A stretch of DNA of 63,859 nt, the filler included, from Reclinomonas americana ATCC 50394 (taxonomy: Eukaryota): the NCBI GenBank assembly GCA_048213135.1. It is 4 parts of 2 records of this genome, joined end to end, with 100 filler letters (N's around TTAATTAATTAA, not from the genome) between each part and the next. Parts side by side here need not be neighbours in the genome. Positions count along the whole stretch, not along the records: positions 1 to 28,951 come from PS015020.1; positions 29,052 to 51,790 come from PS015020.1; 2 more parts are not named here. The stretch is one strand, 5' to 3'. A model generated the notes under the pieces. It searched no databases and was not told the DNA's origin. It saw only the letters and a list, made by a program, of their open reading frames with translations. Positions 18,628 through 30,010 of the stretch are shown here, one piece after another (the first letter of the stretch is position 1; each line of letters starts with the position of its first letter). The position numbers and the translations under genes are program-made.

Positions 18628-19919
18628 GCCACATAGTACATTTCTCGCTCGGCTGAGTCCAGAGCACGCACAGCGGCGGTCTCCACGCGATTGAATGGCT
18701 CGCCCGAGTAGGATGTGATCAGAATGCACATGATGGCCACACGAGGATCCATGCGCGTAAAGTCGACACTCAGCCGCTCGTCCTGCGCATAAGCAAAGCA
18801 TTGAGCAAACCATGCGCCCACAAGCGCGCAATGTCGCACAGAAGCACCTCATCGCCGCCACCACCACTCCGCGCGTCGCCACTGTGACGCACAGCGCCTC
18901 CGAGTGCCTCGAGCTTCGCGAAATAACAGCTGTCCACTGCACGTGGGATGTGAGTGAGGGTTCTGTGGCATCCTTTCTTTTCTGCGCAGCCACGTACCGA
19001 TTCGCCCGTACGCATCAAAGGCCACCAGCGAGGCGTCCAGATCGATTTCATCGTTGCCGCGACCGGCGGCAATGCCCTGTGACATGGCCCACGAGAGAGA
19101 GAAGTGGACCTGTGCGTGGTGGGGATGAGGGACGGAAGAGGCAAGAGGTGCAAGTGAAAGGCGAAGCGACGATGAAGTGAACAGGAGACGGTGAGGGAAG
19201 ACAACAGGAAAGAAGGCAAGCTGATAAAGCAGCAAGGAAAGATCTTGGCAGAGGAACAGAGAAAGAAGAGGACAGCGCAGAAGGAAAGAACGAGGAGGCG
19301 ATGAGGAGAACAGAAGAGGAAAGAGGACACAACCCGAAAGAGTAGAAGTCAGAGAGAAGGCAAGCAAAGATCAACAGCAAAGAGTGATCTGGACAGAGGT
19401 ACAGAGAAAGAAGAGCACAAGGAAAGAACGAGGAGGCGACGAAGAGGTTAACAGGAGAAGTAAGCAAACAGGAGAGAAAGAGAAGAAGCCACAAGAACAG
19501 CAAGAGGAGTAAGAAAGATGAGGTTACAAGCGGACAGACAAGACCACAGCAGAGAGAACGAGCAGAGAATCACACATACACACACACAGAGAGAGAGAGA
19601 CTGCAGTAAGAACAACAGCAACCAAGAGAGGGGTGACAAAAAAGAATGATCCGATCCATGTGACAGAGAACCAGTGCACACAAGAAATGATTTACACAAA
19701 GACACACACTCTCTCAAGAGAAAGAGAGGAACCCGCGCATGCTGATCTCTCACTCTCACTCTCACTCTCTCCTCTCAATGTGCAGCGTGATCCGCAGTGT
19801 GTCATCACAGAAACCCGAAATACACCTGATGAGCTCACTCGCTTTCTTTTCCTCTATTGTCTTGTTGCTCTCACCTGTGGCGATCCAAGTGTCACAACAT
19901 CGCCCACTCTCAACGACAT
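16294..19919 (-). CDS. Double TerD-domain protein with C-terminal CaaX motif (GCCVVL*)
   Basis: Domain 1: MSLRVGDVVTL...LSW...IDLDASLVAFD...HSGDARSG...DDERLSVDF...ITSYSGEPF. Domain 2: IGLGWD...VDLDTSCLFFD...VQHSGDNLSGEGEGDDEVIQVWL...VVNVYT...F. Gap 18030-18521 is intronic. Confidence 0.88.
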
Positions 19920-20556
19920 TGCGATAGAGAGACTTTGAGAAAGTCGACGTCGGACAACCGGACACGGTCTCTCGTACGTTGTTAAAAGACAGCTGTGTTA
20001 CGGGCGCACGTGAGTGCTCACGCGCTTATTGCACTGTTATTTCCTACTACTCTGCGTCGACTCCATCCCGACGCGATGCTGAAGCGTCCGACTCGGTAAC
20101 TGCGACGTCGATATCAACGATAAGAACGCGCGCGCAGTATTTTCCCGCCTTCACTTTCTATGCAGCGGCCTCGTTCACACCGTGCTCTGTGTTTGACTGA
20201 CGACGCGTATAAGTCTCGCGCAAGAAACGTCGCAGTGTGCATGACACAGACCAATGCAATTGTTGAGGACCGAGTAAGTTTATTTTTCTGTGGTGAGCAT
20301 TGACCACGCTACATCGATATCAGTGTGTGTGCGCGTATGTGCATGTGTAGCCTTTCCACGCGCGTATGCGCAACTCTGTTTTCTGGCTTACTGCCTTTGC
20401 TGGCTTCCCACTTTCCTTTTTCGTTCGTGCGCGTCTGCGCACACTCCAGCCCTCCTCCTCCTCTTCCTCCTCCTCTCACACACGCAGCACATTGTTTGCG
20501 TCACGAGCAAGCATCTGACCTCGCCTTGCCCGCGCAGTGGAAGAAGCAACAAGCAA

Positions 20557-20655
20557 ATGTCGGGTCGATGTGGCCTGGTGTGCGCATATGCATGCCTTGC
20601 TGCTCTGTTGGTGTTGTCTGTGCTGTACAACACAGCAGATGCAGCAGCCGGTGAG

Positions 20656-20714
<59 letters not shown>

Positions 20715-23700
20715 GCAAGTTTTGTTCTCACAAACTTTCGTTCGATGTGTGTTCCGCGCGCCCTGCACGACACTCTCTTCTTCGCTCTCATTCTCTCTGT
20801 CTCTGCACGGCGCTACGTCGCTGTTTTTGTTCTTGATCTTGCACACAGAATGAGAGACCGCACAACTCATTTTTTTCGCGCGCAAATTTCTCTTGTCTCT
20901 CCACAGTCGTCATGTCTCCAAGCAACATCTCCATCAAGGCCGGCACCGCTGGCCAGATCGTTGACATCAATGTGACTGGCTCGGCCATTGCCTGGTCAAC
21001 TGCCTCCACCGCCACACTCTTCCTCGACCGCGCGTGCACTGGCACATCGCCGACCACCGTCATCAACTCCAGCACCATCTCTGCTGCCTCGCTCACCTTT
21101 AATGCGTCGGGTGATGGCAATGGTGGTGAGCGCTATCTGTGCATCGACGTGGACGGTGCGGGCGCGGCCACGCGCAACGAGTTTGTGGCCACGGTGTTTG
21201 TCTGTTGCGTCTCCATCGCTCTCCCCTTGCCTGTGCCTCCTCCAACTGACTCCATGCTCCTTCCTTTCCCGTCGCGCAGACACCCTTGGTTCGCAGAACA
21301 AGTCGCCGCAGCTGGTCAATGGTCTCGCCGACTTTCGCGTGACGGTGACTGGCCAGCACTTTGCAAATCGCCAGCTGGGTGCCGGTGGCTTGTTTGGCCT
21401 GTACTCGGCCGCAGACTGCAGCGGGTCGGCGGCACCAAATTCGAGCGTCACTCTGCAGACCAGCGATCCTTCTGGCTTCTACGCTCTGTTCTCGGTTGCC
21501 ACTGGCGCGTCATTCACACAGGGCGCCCTGGGTGTGACGGCCGCCGGCTCGTGCTCGTTGGTCACGCCGGGCGTGTACTATCTGTGTGGCAAGTTGCGTT
21601 GATGTGCGGGAGAGAGAAAGAAAGAGCGGCACAGATTGCATTCTGTGTTATGCCGACCTCTGCATGCTTGTCACCTCTGTCAACGTGCTTGCGGACGGCG
21701 TGAGTGCCGGTCATCATCTGCTGAGCGCACCTCTCTTCTCTCTCTCGCCTTTCTCCCTTCTCTCTCCATCATCTCCCCTCTCTCACCCTTCCGCTTCGCC
21801 AGGTTCCAGGCCGGTGGCACCGCCGTGTATCGCCTGCAACCCCTCCCGCTCATCGTGACTGCCGCCTCGTCGACGCCTGTGGTTTCCTTTGCCAATCCGC
21901 CCGTGCTCAAGTACGGCAGCGCCAACGCGATTGTGATCGGCTCCTCGGCCTTCAATCTCACCGACTGCACGAGCTTCAAGTTGGTACCGGCCGGCGCTGA
22001 TTGTGCCACACTGTCGGACTACTCGACGCTGACGGGCAGTGTGGGTGCGGTGTTTGTGCGTGGTGGCGCCGAGACGTGTCAGTTCGCGACTGGCTGCAGC
22101 GTGTTCCGCGCGACCATCACGCCGAACGGATCGAGTGGCGGCGGTGCCTACAAGCTGTGTGTGGCGGCCAACAACGGACCATACGTGTCGGCGGAGGAGT
22201 CGTTCACCTCCGGCTTCATGACGGCCGGTGGCCTTAGTGCGGGCGGCCCGACGCCGACATCGACTCCACTCCCCGCTGACGACATCGACAGCAGCCCTGC
22301 CACCCCGAAGCCGAGCTTGTCAACGTTGGCGGTGACGGCAACCACGATCCAGTTCACGTTTGCTCGCGAGTTCTACCGCCGCCCGCGCGTGTTGCTCGGC
22401 TTTGCTAGTGTTGGTCGTCAGGGCGCCGCTGGCCCGATCTCCACCCTGGCCAACGAGCCGGCTGACGGCACTTTCGCGTTCTGCGCGGAGCCGGAGGTGA
22501 CGGTGGCGCAAGTGTCGACTCGATGCCATGGCGTGTCGACGGACGGCCAGCCGGGACCTACCATCACACTGAGTTGCGTTCGCCGGAGCTGTGCGATGGA
22601 AAGAAGTGTGACTAATCGTGGTCCCGCCGCTTTGTTGCATGTGCAGGCTACCTGGCGTACTATGTGCATCAGACGAATGCTTTGTCGATGGATGGTCAGC
22701 GCACGCTGACTAGCGCAGCGTGGACATCGGATGTGGTGAACAAGAACAGCTCAACTGTTGCGTGTTTTGTTTGTACCCTCCTACCTGCGCCTACCCCTCA
22801 ATATTCTTACTTCCTGTCTTTTACTTGACCACAGTTGGTGAGCGTGTCATCTACGTACCAGTTTGCGTCGGTGCCAGCCGTTCCAGTGGCCGTCATTGGT
22901 GTGCTGTCGATGCGCCAGTCGGCTGCCGGCAATGATGGGCGCGTGCGCGGCGACAACTTTTCGGTGACAAGCAGCTCAGCCTCGCGCTCGAGTTTCGTGC
23001 TCAAGGGCACGGTGAGCGGCGACTCGCGCATCGAGGCAGTGTCTGCACGCTTTGCTGTGGCACCGGCGCGCCCCGACACCACCAACAACAGCGGATTTGT
23101 CATGCTGTCGGGAGGTGCATTCTCATCCTCTCCCCCTCAGCTGGAACGTTTTGTCTCTTTGTCTGACCCATGCGTGTGGTACAGAGACGACGCACACCAG
23201 CAGTGCGACAACGCAGACCGCCAGTCTGGTGACTTCGTCGACTCCCAATGGCCTTCTGCGTGCCACTATCAGCGTGCAGCTGTTCCTGCGTGGGTGGAAG
23301 TCGACGGCAGTCATTGTGCAGAACCGCATCGATCAGCAGTCGCTCCAGTTCACCACAAAGCGCCTCGGCAACGAGGACTATGTGACGGCAATCTCGTTCG
23401 GCGCCAGTGGGGCGGATGCGTCGGACGTTGAGTATGTGACGTGGTTGGCGATTGGTCGTGCGGCGCAGGGTGCACCGATATCGTGCCCTGCCGGCTACAG
23501 CGGCTCCAACTGCGGCGTGTGCACGCTGCCCGACGGTACCACAACGTGCTCACTGAACCGACGTGCGGTGCTGAGCTGTGCCTACGGCACCACTCAGATC
23601 ATCGCGCAGTGTGCCGAGGGTCGTGAGTGCTTTGAGGCTTATGGCGTGGCGCGGTGCGGATGCTCGGCTTTGGGTACTGTGTGCTCGAGTGGCGGCGACT

Positions 23701-26700
23701 GCTGCTCTGGCAGCTGTGATTCGGGTCTGTGCGTGTCATTGTGCAGCCCAACCACCACGTGCTCTGGCAACGGAACATGCAAGACTGACGGCACGTGTCA
23801 GTGCGATACCGACTATTACGGTGCATCGTGCAGTGTGAACTGTGTGGCCGGCACGACGTGCTCCGGCAATGGAACATGCAAGACTGACGGTACGTGCCAG
23901 TGCAACAACAACTACTTTGGTGCATCTTGCAATGTGAACTGTGTGGCCGGCACGACGTGTTCAGGCAATGGAACATGCAAGACTGACGGCACTTGCCTGT
24001 GCACTGGCGACTACACCAATGCCAGTTGTAATTGCAGTCCCACCACCACGTGCTCTGGCCACGGAACGTGCAAGGCTGACGGTACGTGTCTGTGCACTGG
24101 CGACTACACCAATGCCAGCTGCAACTGCAGTCCCACTGCCACGTGTTCTGGCCACGGAACGTGCAAGACTGACGGCACGTGTCTGTGCACGGACGACTAC
24201 ACCAATGCCAGCTGCAATTGCAGTCCCACTGCAACGTGCTCTGGCAACGGAACGTGCAAGGCTGACGGTACGTGCCAGTGCAACAACAACTACTTTGGTT
24301 TCTCTTGCAATGTGAATTGTGTGGCCGGCACCACATGCTCGGGAAATGGAACGTGCAACAGTGACGGTACGTGTCTGTGCACGGGCGACTACACCAATGC
24401 CAGCTGCAACTGCAGTCCCACTGCCACGTGCTCCAGCCACGGTGCATGCAAGACTGACGGCACATGCCAGTGCACTGACGACTACACCAATGCCAGCTGC
24501 AACTGCAGTCCCACTGCCACATGCTCCAGTCACGGAACGTGCAAGACTGACGGCACATGCCAGTGCACGGGCGACTACACCAACGCCAACTGCAACTGCA
24601 GTCCCACCACTACGTGCTCTGGCAACGGAACATGCAAGGCTGACGGTACGTGCCAGTGCAACAACAACTACTTTGGTGCCTCGTGCAACGTCAACTGTGT
24701 GGCGGCGACGACGTGCTCTGGCAATGGAACGTGCAAGGCTGACGGTACGTGCCAGTGCAACAACAACTACNNNNNNNNNNNNNNNNNNNNNNNNNNNNNN
24801 NNNNNNNNNNNNNNNNNNNNNNNNNNNNNNNNNNNNNNNNNNNNNNNNNNNNNNNNNNNNNNNNNNNNNNNNNNNGACTGACGGCACTTGCCTGTGCACT
24901 GGCGACTACACCAATGCCAGCTGCAACTGCAGTCCCAGCGTCACATGCTCTGGACACGGTGCATGCAAGACTGACGGTACATGCCAGTGCACGGGCGACT
25001 ACACCAATGCCAGCTGCAACTGCAGTCCTACTGCCACGTGCTCTGGACAAGGAACGTGCAAGACCGACGGCACGTGTCTGTGCACTGGCGACTACACCAA
25101 TGCCAGTTGCAACTGTAGTCCCACTGCCACGTGCTCTGGACACGGAACGTGCAACACCGATGGAACGTGCACTTGTACAAATCCTTGGAGTGGTAAGTAA
25201 TGCGACTGCTGTCGACCGTGAATTCGCTGCTGTTCAATGCTGACTTGTTCTCGCGAGCAGGGCCCGCTTGCTCAATCTGTTCTGGCGGTCCTATTGTTTC
25301 CCTCGGATACATTGGCAGCTGGGCAACCTTGGCCTCCAGCAGTGACGGCACCAAACTGGTGGCTATAGAGAGTAGCAGCGGTCAGATGTACACCTCCACT
25401 GATAGCGGTGCGACGTGGACAGCACGTGAGTCCAGTCGCAGTTGGAGTGGGGTGGCATCCAGCAGTGACGGCACCAAATTGGTGGCTGTGGTGCTTAGTG
25501 GCCAAATCTACACCTCTACTGACTCGGGCGTGACGTGGACGGCTCGCGAGTCCGATCGCTTCTGGATTTCGGTGGCCTCCAGCAGTGACGGCAGCAATCT
25601 CGTCGCGGTTGCTCAGGGAGACAAGATTTACACCTCCACGGACTCCGGCGCAACGTGGATGCCTCGTGAATCCAATCGCGTTTGGCAATCAGTGGCCTCC
25701 AGCAGCGATGGCACCAAACTGGTGGCTGTGGTGCTCAACGGGCAGATCTACACCTCTGCCGACTCTGGCGTAACATGGACAGCTCGTGAGACCAATCGCG
25801 GTTGGCAATCAGTGGCCTCTAGCAGTGACGGCACCAAATTGGTGGCTGTTGCAGGTGGAGATAAGATTTACACTTCGACCGACTCTGGTGCAAACTGGAC
25901 AGCTCGTGATTCCAGTCGCTCCTGGTGGTCAGTCACCTCCAGCAGTGACGGAACCAAATTGGCGGCTGTGGTGCTTGGTGGTCAGATTTACACTTCCACT
26001 GACTCTGGTGTTACATGGACGCCTCGTGATTCCACTCGTGACTGGCTATCAGTAACCTCCAACAGTGACGGCACCAAGTTGGTGGCTGGGATTCGCCCCG
26101 GGCAGATGTACGTCTCCACTGACTCTGGCGTGACGTGGACTGGATTGACTTCCCAGGGACTCCATGGGAAGAGTACCTGGCAGGCAGTGGCCTCCAGCAG
26201 TGACGGCACGAAGCTTGTGGCTGTGGTGAAATTCGGGCAGATCCACACATCTGCAGATTCTGGTGTGACGTGGACTGCTCGTGAATCCGCGCGGAGTTGG
26301 CAATCAGTGGCCTCCAGCAGTGACGGCACCAAATTAGTTGCTGCTGTATCCAACGGTCAGCTTTTTACGTCCACGGACTCTGGCGTAACATGGACGGCTC
26401 GTAATTCCAGTCGCCTCTGGACCGCAGTGGCCTCCAGCAGCGACGGCACCAAGCTGGCGGCAGTGGTACAATTCGACAAGTTGTATACGTCCACTGACTC
26501 TGGTTTGACATGGACGCCTCGTGGATCCAGTCGCAATTGGACTGCAGTGGCCTCCAGTAGTGACGGAACCAAGCTAGTGGCTGTAGCAAGCTCTGATCAG
26601 ATCTACACCTCCACTGACTCGGGCGTGACATTGACTGCTCGTGATTCCAGTCGTAACTGGACTGCAGTGGCCGCCAGCAGCGATGGCACCAAGCTGGTGG

Positions 26701-28361
26701 CTGTTGAGCTGTTTGGCCAGATCTACACTTCCACTAACTCGGGTGTGACGTGGACGCCTCGTGATTCCAGTCGCGGCTGGACTGCAGTGGCCTCCAGCAG
26801 TGACGGCACCAAGCTGGCGGCTGTGGCGAACAACGATCAACTGTATATCTCTCCTGACTCTGGTGTGACGTGGACACCTCGCGATTCCACTCGTGGGTGG
26901 AATTCGGTGGCTTGCAGCAGTGACGGTACCAAGTTGGTGGCTGCTGCGGATCAGGTGTACGTTTTCTCATGTATTCCTAGCTGCAGTCCGACGACCACCT
27001 GTTCGGGTAATGGAACGTGCCAGAGTGACGGCACTTGTCTGTGCGATACCGACTATTACGGTACGTCTTGCAGCGTGAACTGTGTGGCGGGCACGACCTG
27101 CTCTGGTCACGGCACGTGCAAGAGCGACGGCACTTGTCTGTGCGATACCGACTATTACGGTGCGTCGTGCAGCGTGAATTGTGTGGCGGCCACCACCTGC
27201 TCCGGTCACGGAACGTGCCAGACTGACGGCACGTGTCTGTGCACTGGCGACTACACCAATGCCAGTTGCAACTGCAGTCCCACCATTACATGTTCGGCTC
27301 GTGGCACTTGCGACTCTTCTGGAACGTGCACGTGCACAAGTCCATGGAGTGGTAAGTGATGCAGTTGTACATTTTTTGTTGTTATATGTATTTGCTGCAC
27401 ATTCCTTCTAATTTGCGATTCGCAAATAGGGCCGTCGTGTTCAACATGCTCCGCAAGTCCCATTGTTGCTCTTGGATACGTTGGCAGCTGGAAGGCAGTG
27501 GCCTCCAGCACTGACGGCACCAAGTTGGTTGCTGCGGTGGACGGTGGCCAGCTTTACACCTCCACCGATTCTGGAGCGACTTGGACGGCTCGCGAATCCA
27601 ATCGTGAATGGACGTCGGTGGCCTCCAGCAGTGATGGCACCAAGCTCGTGGCTGGTGTACTTAATGGCCGAATCTACACCTCTACGGACTCTGGTGTGAC
27701 GTGGACTGCCCGTGATTCCGGTCGTTTCTGGAATGCAGTGGCCTCCAGCAGTGACGGTAGCAAGCTGGTGGCTGGTGTACTTAATGGCCGAATATACACC
27801 TCCACTGACTCTGGCGCGACGTGGACGGCCCGTGCGACGGATTCCAATCGCCTGTGGCGATCTGTGGCCTCCAGTAGCGACGGCACTAAGCTGGTGGCTG
27901 TTGCAGCCAGCAATCAAATCTACACCTCCACTGACTCTGGTGTGACGTGGACTGCGCGTGAATCCAGTCGAACCTGGGTTGGTGTGGCCTCCAGTAGTGA
28001 CGGCTCTATGCTTGCTGCAGTGGTGAACGGTGGTCAGATTTACACCTCCACCGACTCCGGTGTTACTTGGACTGCTCGTGAATCCAATCGCGCCTGGAGT
28101 GGAGTTTCCTCGAGCAGCGACGGTACCCAGCTGGTGGCGGTGGTGAACGGTGGCCAGATTTTCACCTCCACTAATTCTGGTGCGAACTGGACAGCTCGTG
28201 ACTCCGCTCGCCTCTGGATTTCAGTGGTCTCTGCTGGTGATGGCACCCAGCTCGTGGCTGTTGTTGACAATGGTCAGATGTATATCTCGACCAATTCTGG
28301 CGTGGTGTGGACTGCAGTTGGCGCAAACCAAGGGCTGCAGTTGGCCAGTTCCTGGCGGTCT
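20557..28361 (+). CDS. Large secreted/surface protein: signal peptide, putative H-type-lectin-like domains, EGF/tenascin-like Cys repeats and Asp-box (BNR) beta-propeller arrays; 3' end lost in gap
   Basis: Signal peptide MSGRCGLVCAYACLAALLVLSVLYNTADA. Motifs IQFTFAREFYRRPRVLLGF...LSYLAY and VTWLAIG resemble H-lectin domains. Repeats CSPTTTCSGNGTCKTDGTCxC at 23740-25190 and 26980-27350; repeats WxSVASSSDGTKLVA..GQIYTSTDSGVTW at 25318-26960 and 27488-28361. Confidence 0.85.
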
Positions 28362-28521
28362 NNNNNNNNNNNNNNNNNNNNNNNNNNNNNNNNNNNNNNN
28401 NNNNNNNNNNNNNNNNNNNNNNNNNNNNNNNNNNNNNNNNNNNNNNNNNNNNNNNNNNNNNNNNNNNNNNNNNNNNNNNNNNNNNNNNNNNNNNNNNNNN
28501 NNNNNNNNNNNNNNNNNNNNN

Positions 28522-28951
28522 TTTCAACAGCGACCAACTTGGTGCCGTCGCTGCTCGACGCCACCGACGCCCAATTGCGACTGGAGTCACGCGCGGTCCA
28601 CGTCGCGCCACTGTCGGTGGAAGTGTAGATCTGACCGCCAGCATTTGCAGCCACCAGCTTGGTGCTGTCGCTGCTGGAGGCCACNNNNNNNNNNNNNNNN
28701 NNNNNNNNNNNNNNNNNNNNNNNNNNNNNNNNNNNNNNNNNNNNNNNNNNNNNNNNNNNNNNNNNNNNNNNNNNNNNNNNNNNNNNNNNNNNNNNNNNNN
28801 NNNNNNNNNNNNNNNNNNNNNNNNNNNNNNNNNCACCACAGCGACTAACTTGGTGCCGTCACTGCTGGAGGCCACAGAGAACCAGTTACGAGAAGATTCA
28901 CGAGACGTCCACGAAACGCCAGAATTAGTGGAGGTGTAGATTCGACCACTG
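28522..28951 (-). other. Two small gap-bounded fragments encoding the same Asp-box repeat in opposite orientation
   Basis: Minus strand reads VASSSDSTKLVAANAGGQIYTSTDSGATWTARDSSRNWASVASSSDGTKLVAVE (28522-28684) and a similar unit at 28834-28951. Confidence 0.75.
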
Positions 28952-28995
28952 NNNNNNNNNNNNNNNNNNNNNNNNNNNNNNNNNNNNNNNNNNNN

Positions 28996-29007
28996 TTAAT
29001 TAATTAA
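28996..29007. other. Artificial contig-join spacer TTAATTAATTAA
   Basis: Palindromic six-frame stop 12-mer centred in a roughly 100-nt N block; identical copies at 51835 and 62769. Confidence 0.95.
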
Positions 29008-29083
29008 NNNNNNNNNNNNNNNNNNNNNNNNNNNNNNNNNNNNNNNNNNNNTCTCTCACTCACTCACTCTCTCTCTCTCACAG

Positions 29084-29970
29084 ATGCGCAAGTTTGAGAA
29101 GACCTATGGCAGCGACGAGTTCCAGCAGCGCTACTCGATCTTCAAGAGCAACATGCGCATCATTGACCAGATGAATGCCGCGCAGGATGGCGCCACCTAT
29201 GGCATCACCAAGGTGACCCACTCTCTTTGTCTCTCTCTCTCTCACATTCTTTCACACTGACTGTTGTTTGTGTGTTTGTTTGTTAGTTTGCTGATCTGAC
29301 TCCGGAGGAGTTCAAGCGCGTGTACCTGTCACCGGTGCCGATGGATCGCTCGACTGGTGGGTGGATCCTTGCTGCTGCTGTCATGACGCTTCTCTCGTGC
29401 GTGCATGATCCTTTTTCCGGAATCCACCCTGGCGGAGGATTCAAGCACCTTCCCCTGTCCTCCCCTTCTCCCTCACTCACCCGCCTCTCTCTCACTCTCT
29501 CTTGTTTGCGTGCTTCTCTCGCTGCCGTTCTGCTTGTATGTAGTACCCTTTGCTTCCACAGTCCGTCCTCTCCGCATGTTGCCGAAGGGGAACTACTGCT
29601 CACCTCCTCTCTCACACTGTTGCTTATCCTTGGTTGCTCATTCTTTCCGTGTGTCAGTCTCCGTTGTACAATCCTTTGAGCTGACTTGCTGATGCACAAC
29701 CCTTCCCTTCTACAGTCCTTCCCGCCCCTTTCCATGTCGCTTCTCTCTCTCTCTCTCGCTTGCTCTCATTCGTTCTGCGTGCATGTAGTACCCTTCGCTG
29801 CCACAATCCGTCCTATTCTCATGTTGCCGAAGGGGAACTACTGCTCATCTCCTCTCTCACACTCTTGCTTATCCTTGGTTGCTCATTCTCAGTCTCCGTT
29901 GTACAATCCTTTGAGCTGACTTGCTGATGCACGGTGCTTCCGTTCCACAGTCCTTTCCGCCCCTTTCCCT

Positions 29971-30010
<40 letters not shown>

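Noticed and set aside
28952-29051. TTAATTAATTAA palindrome repeated three times (also 51835, 62769) as a regulatory or TTAA transposon target motif
   Set aside because: Always centred in a roughly 100-nt N block; it is a six-frame-stop contig spacer, so gene adjacency across it is not meaningful.
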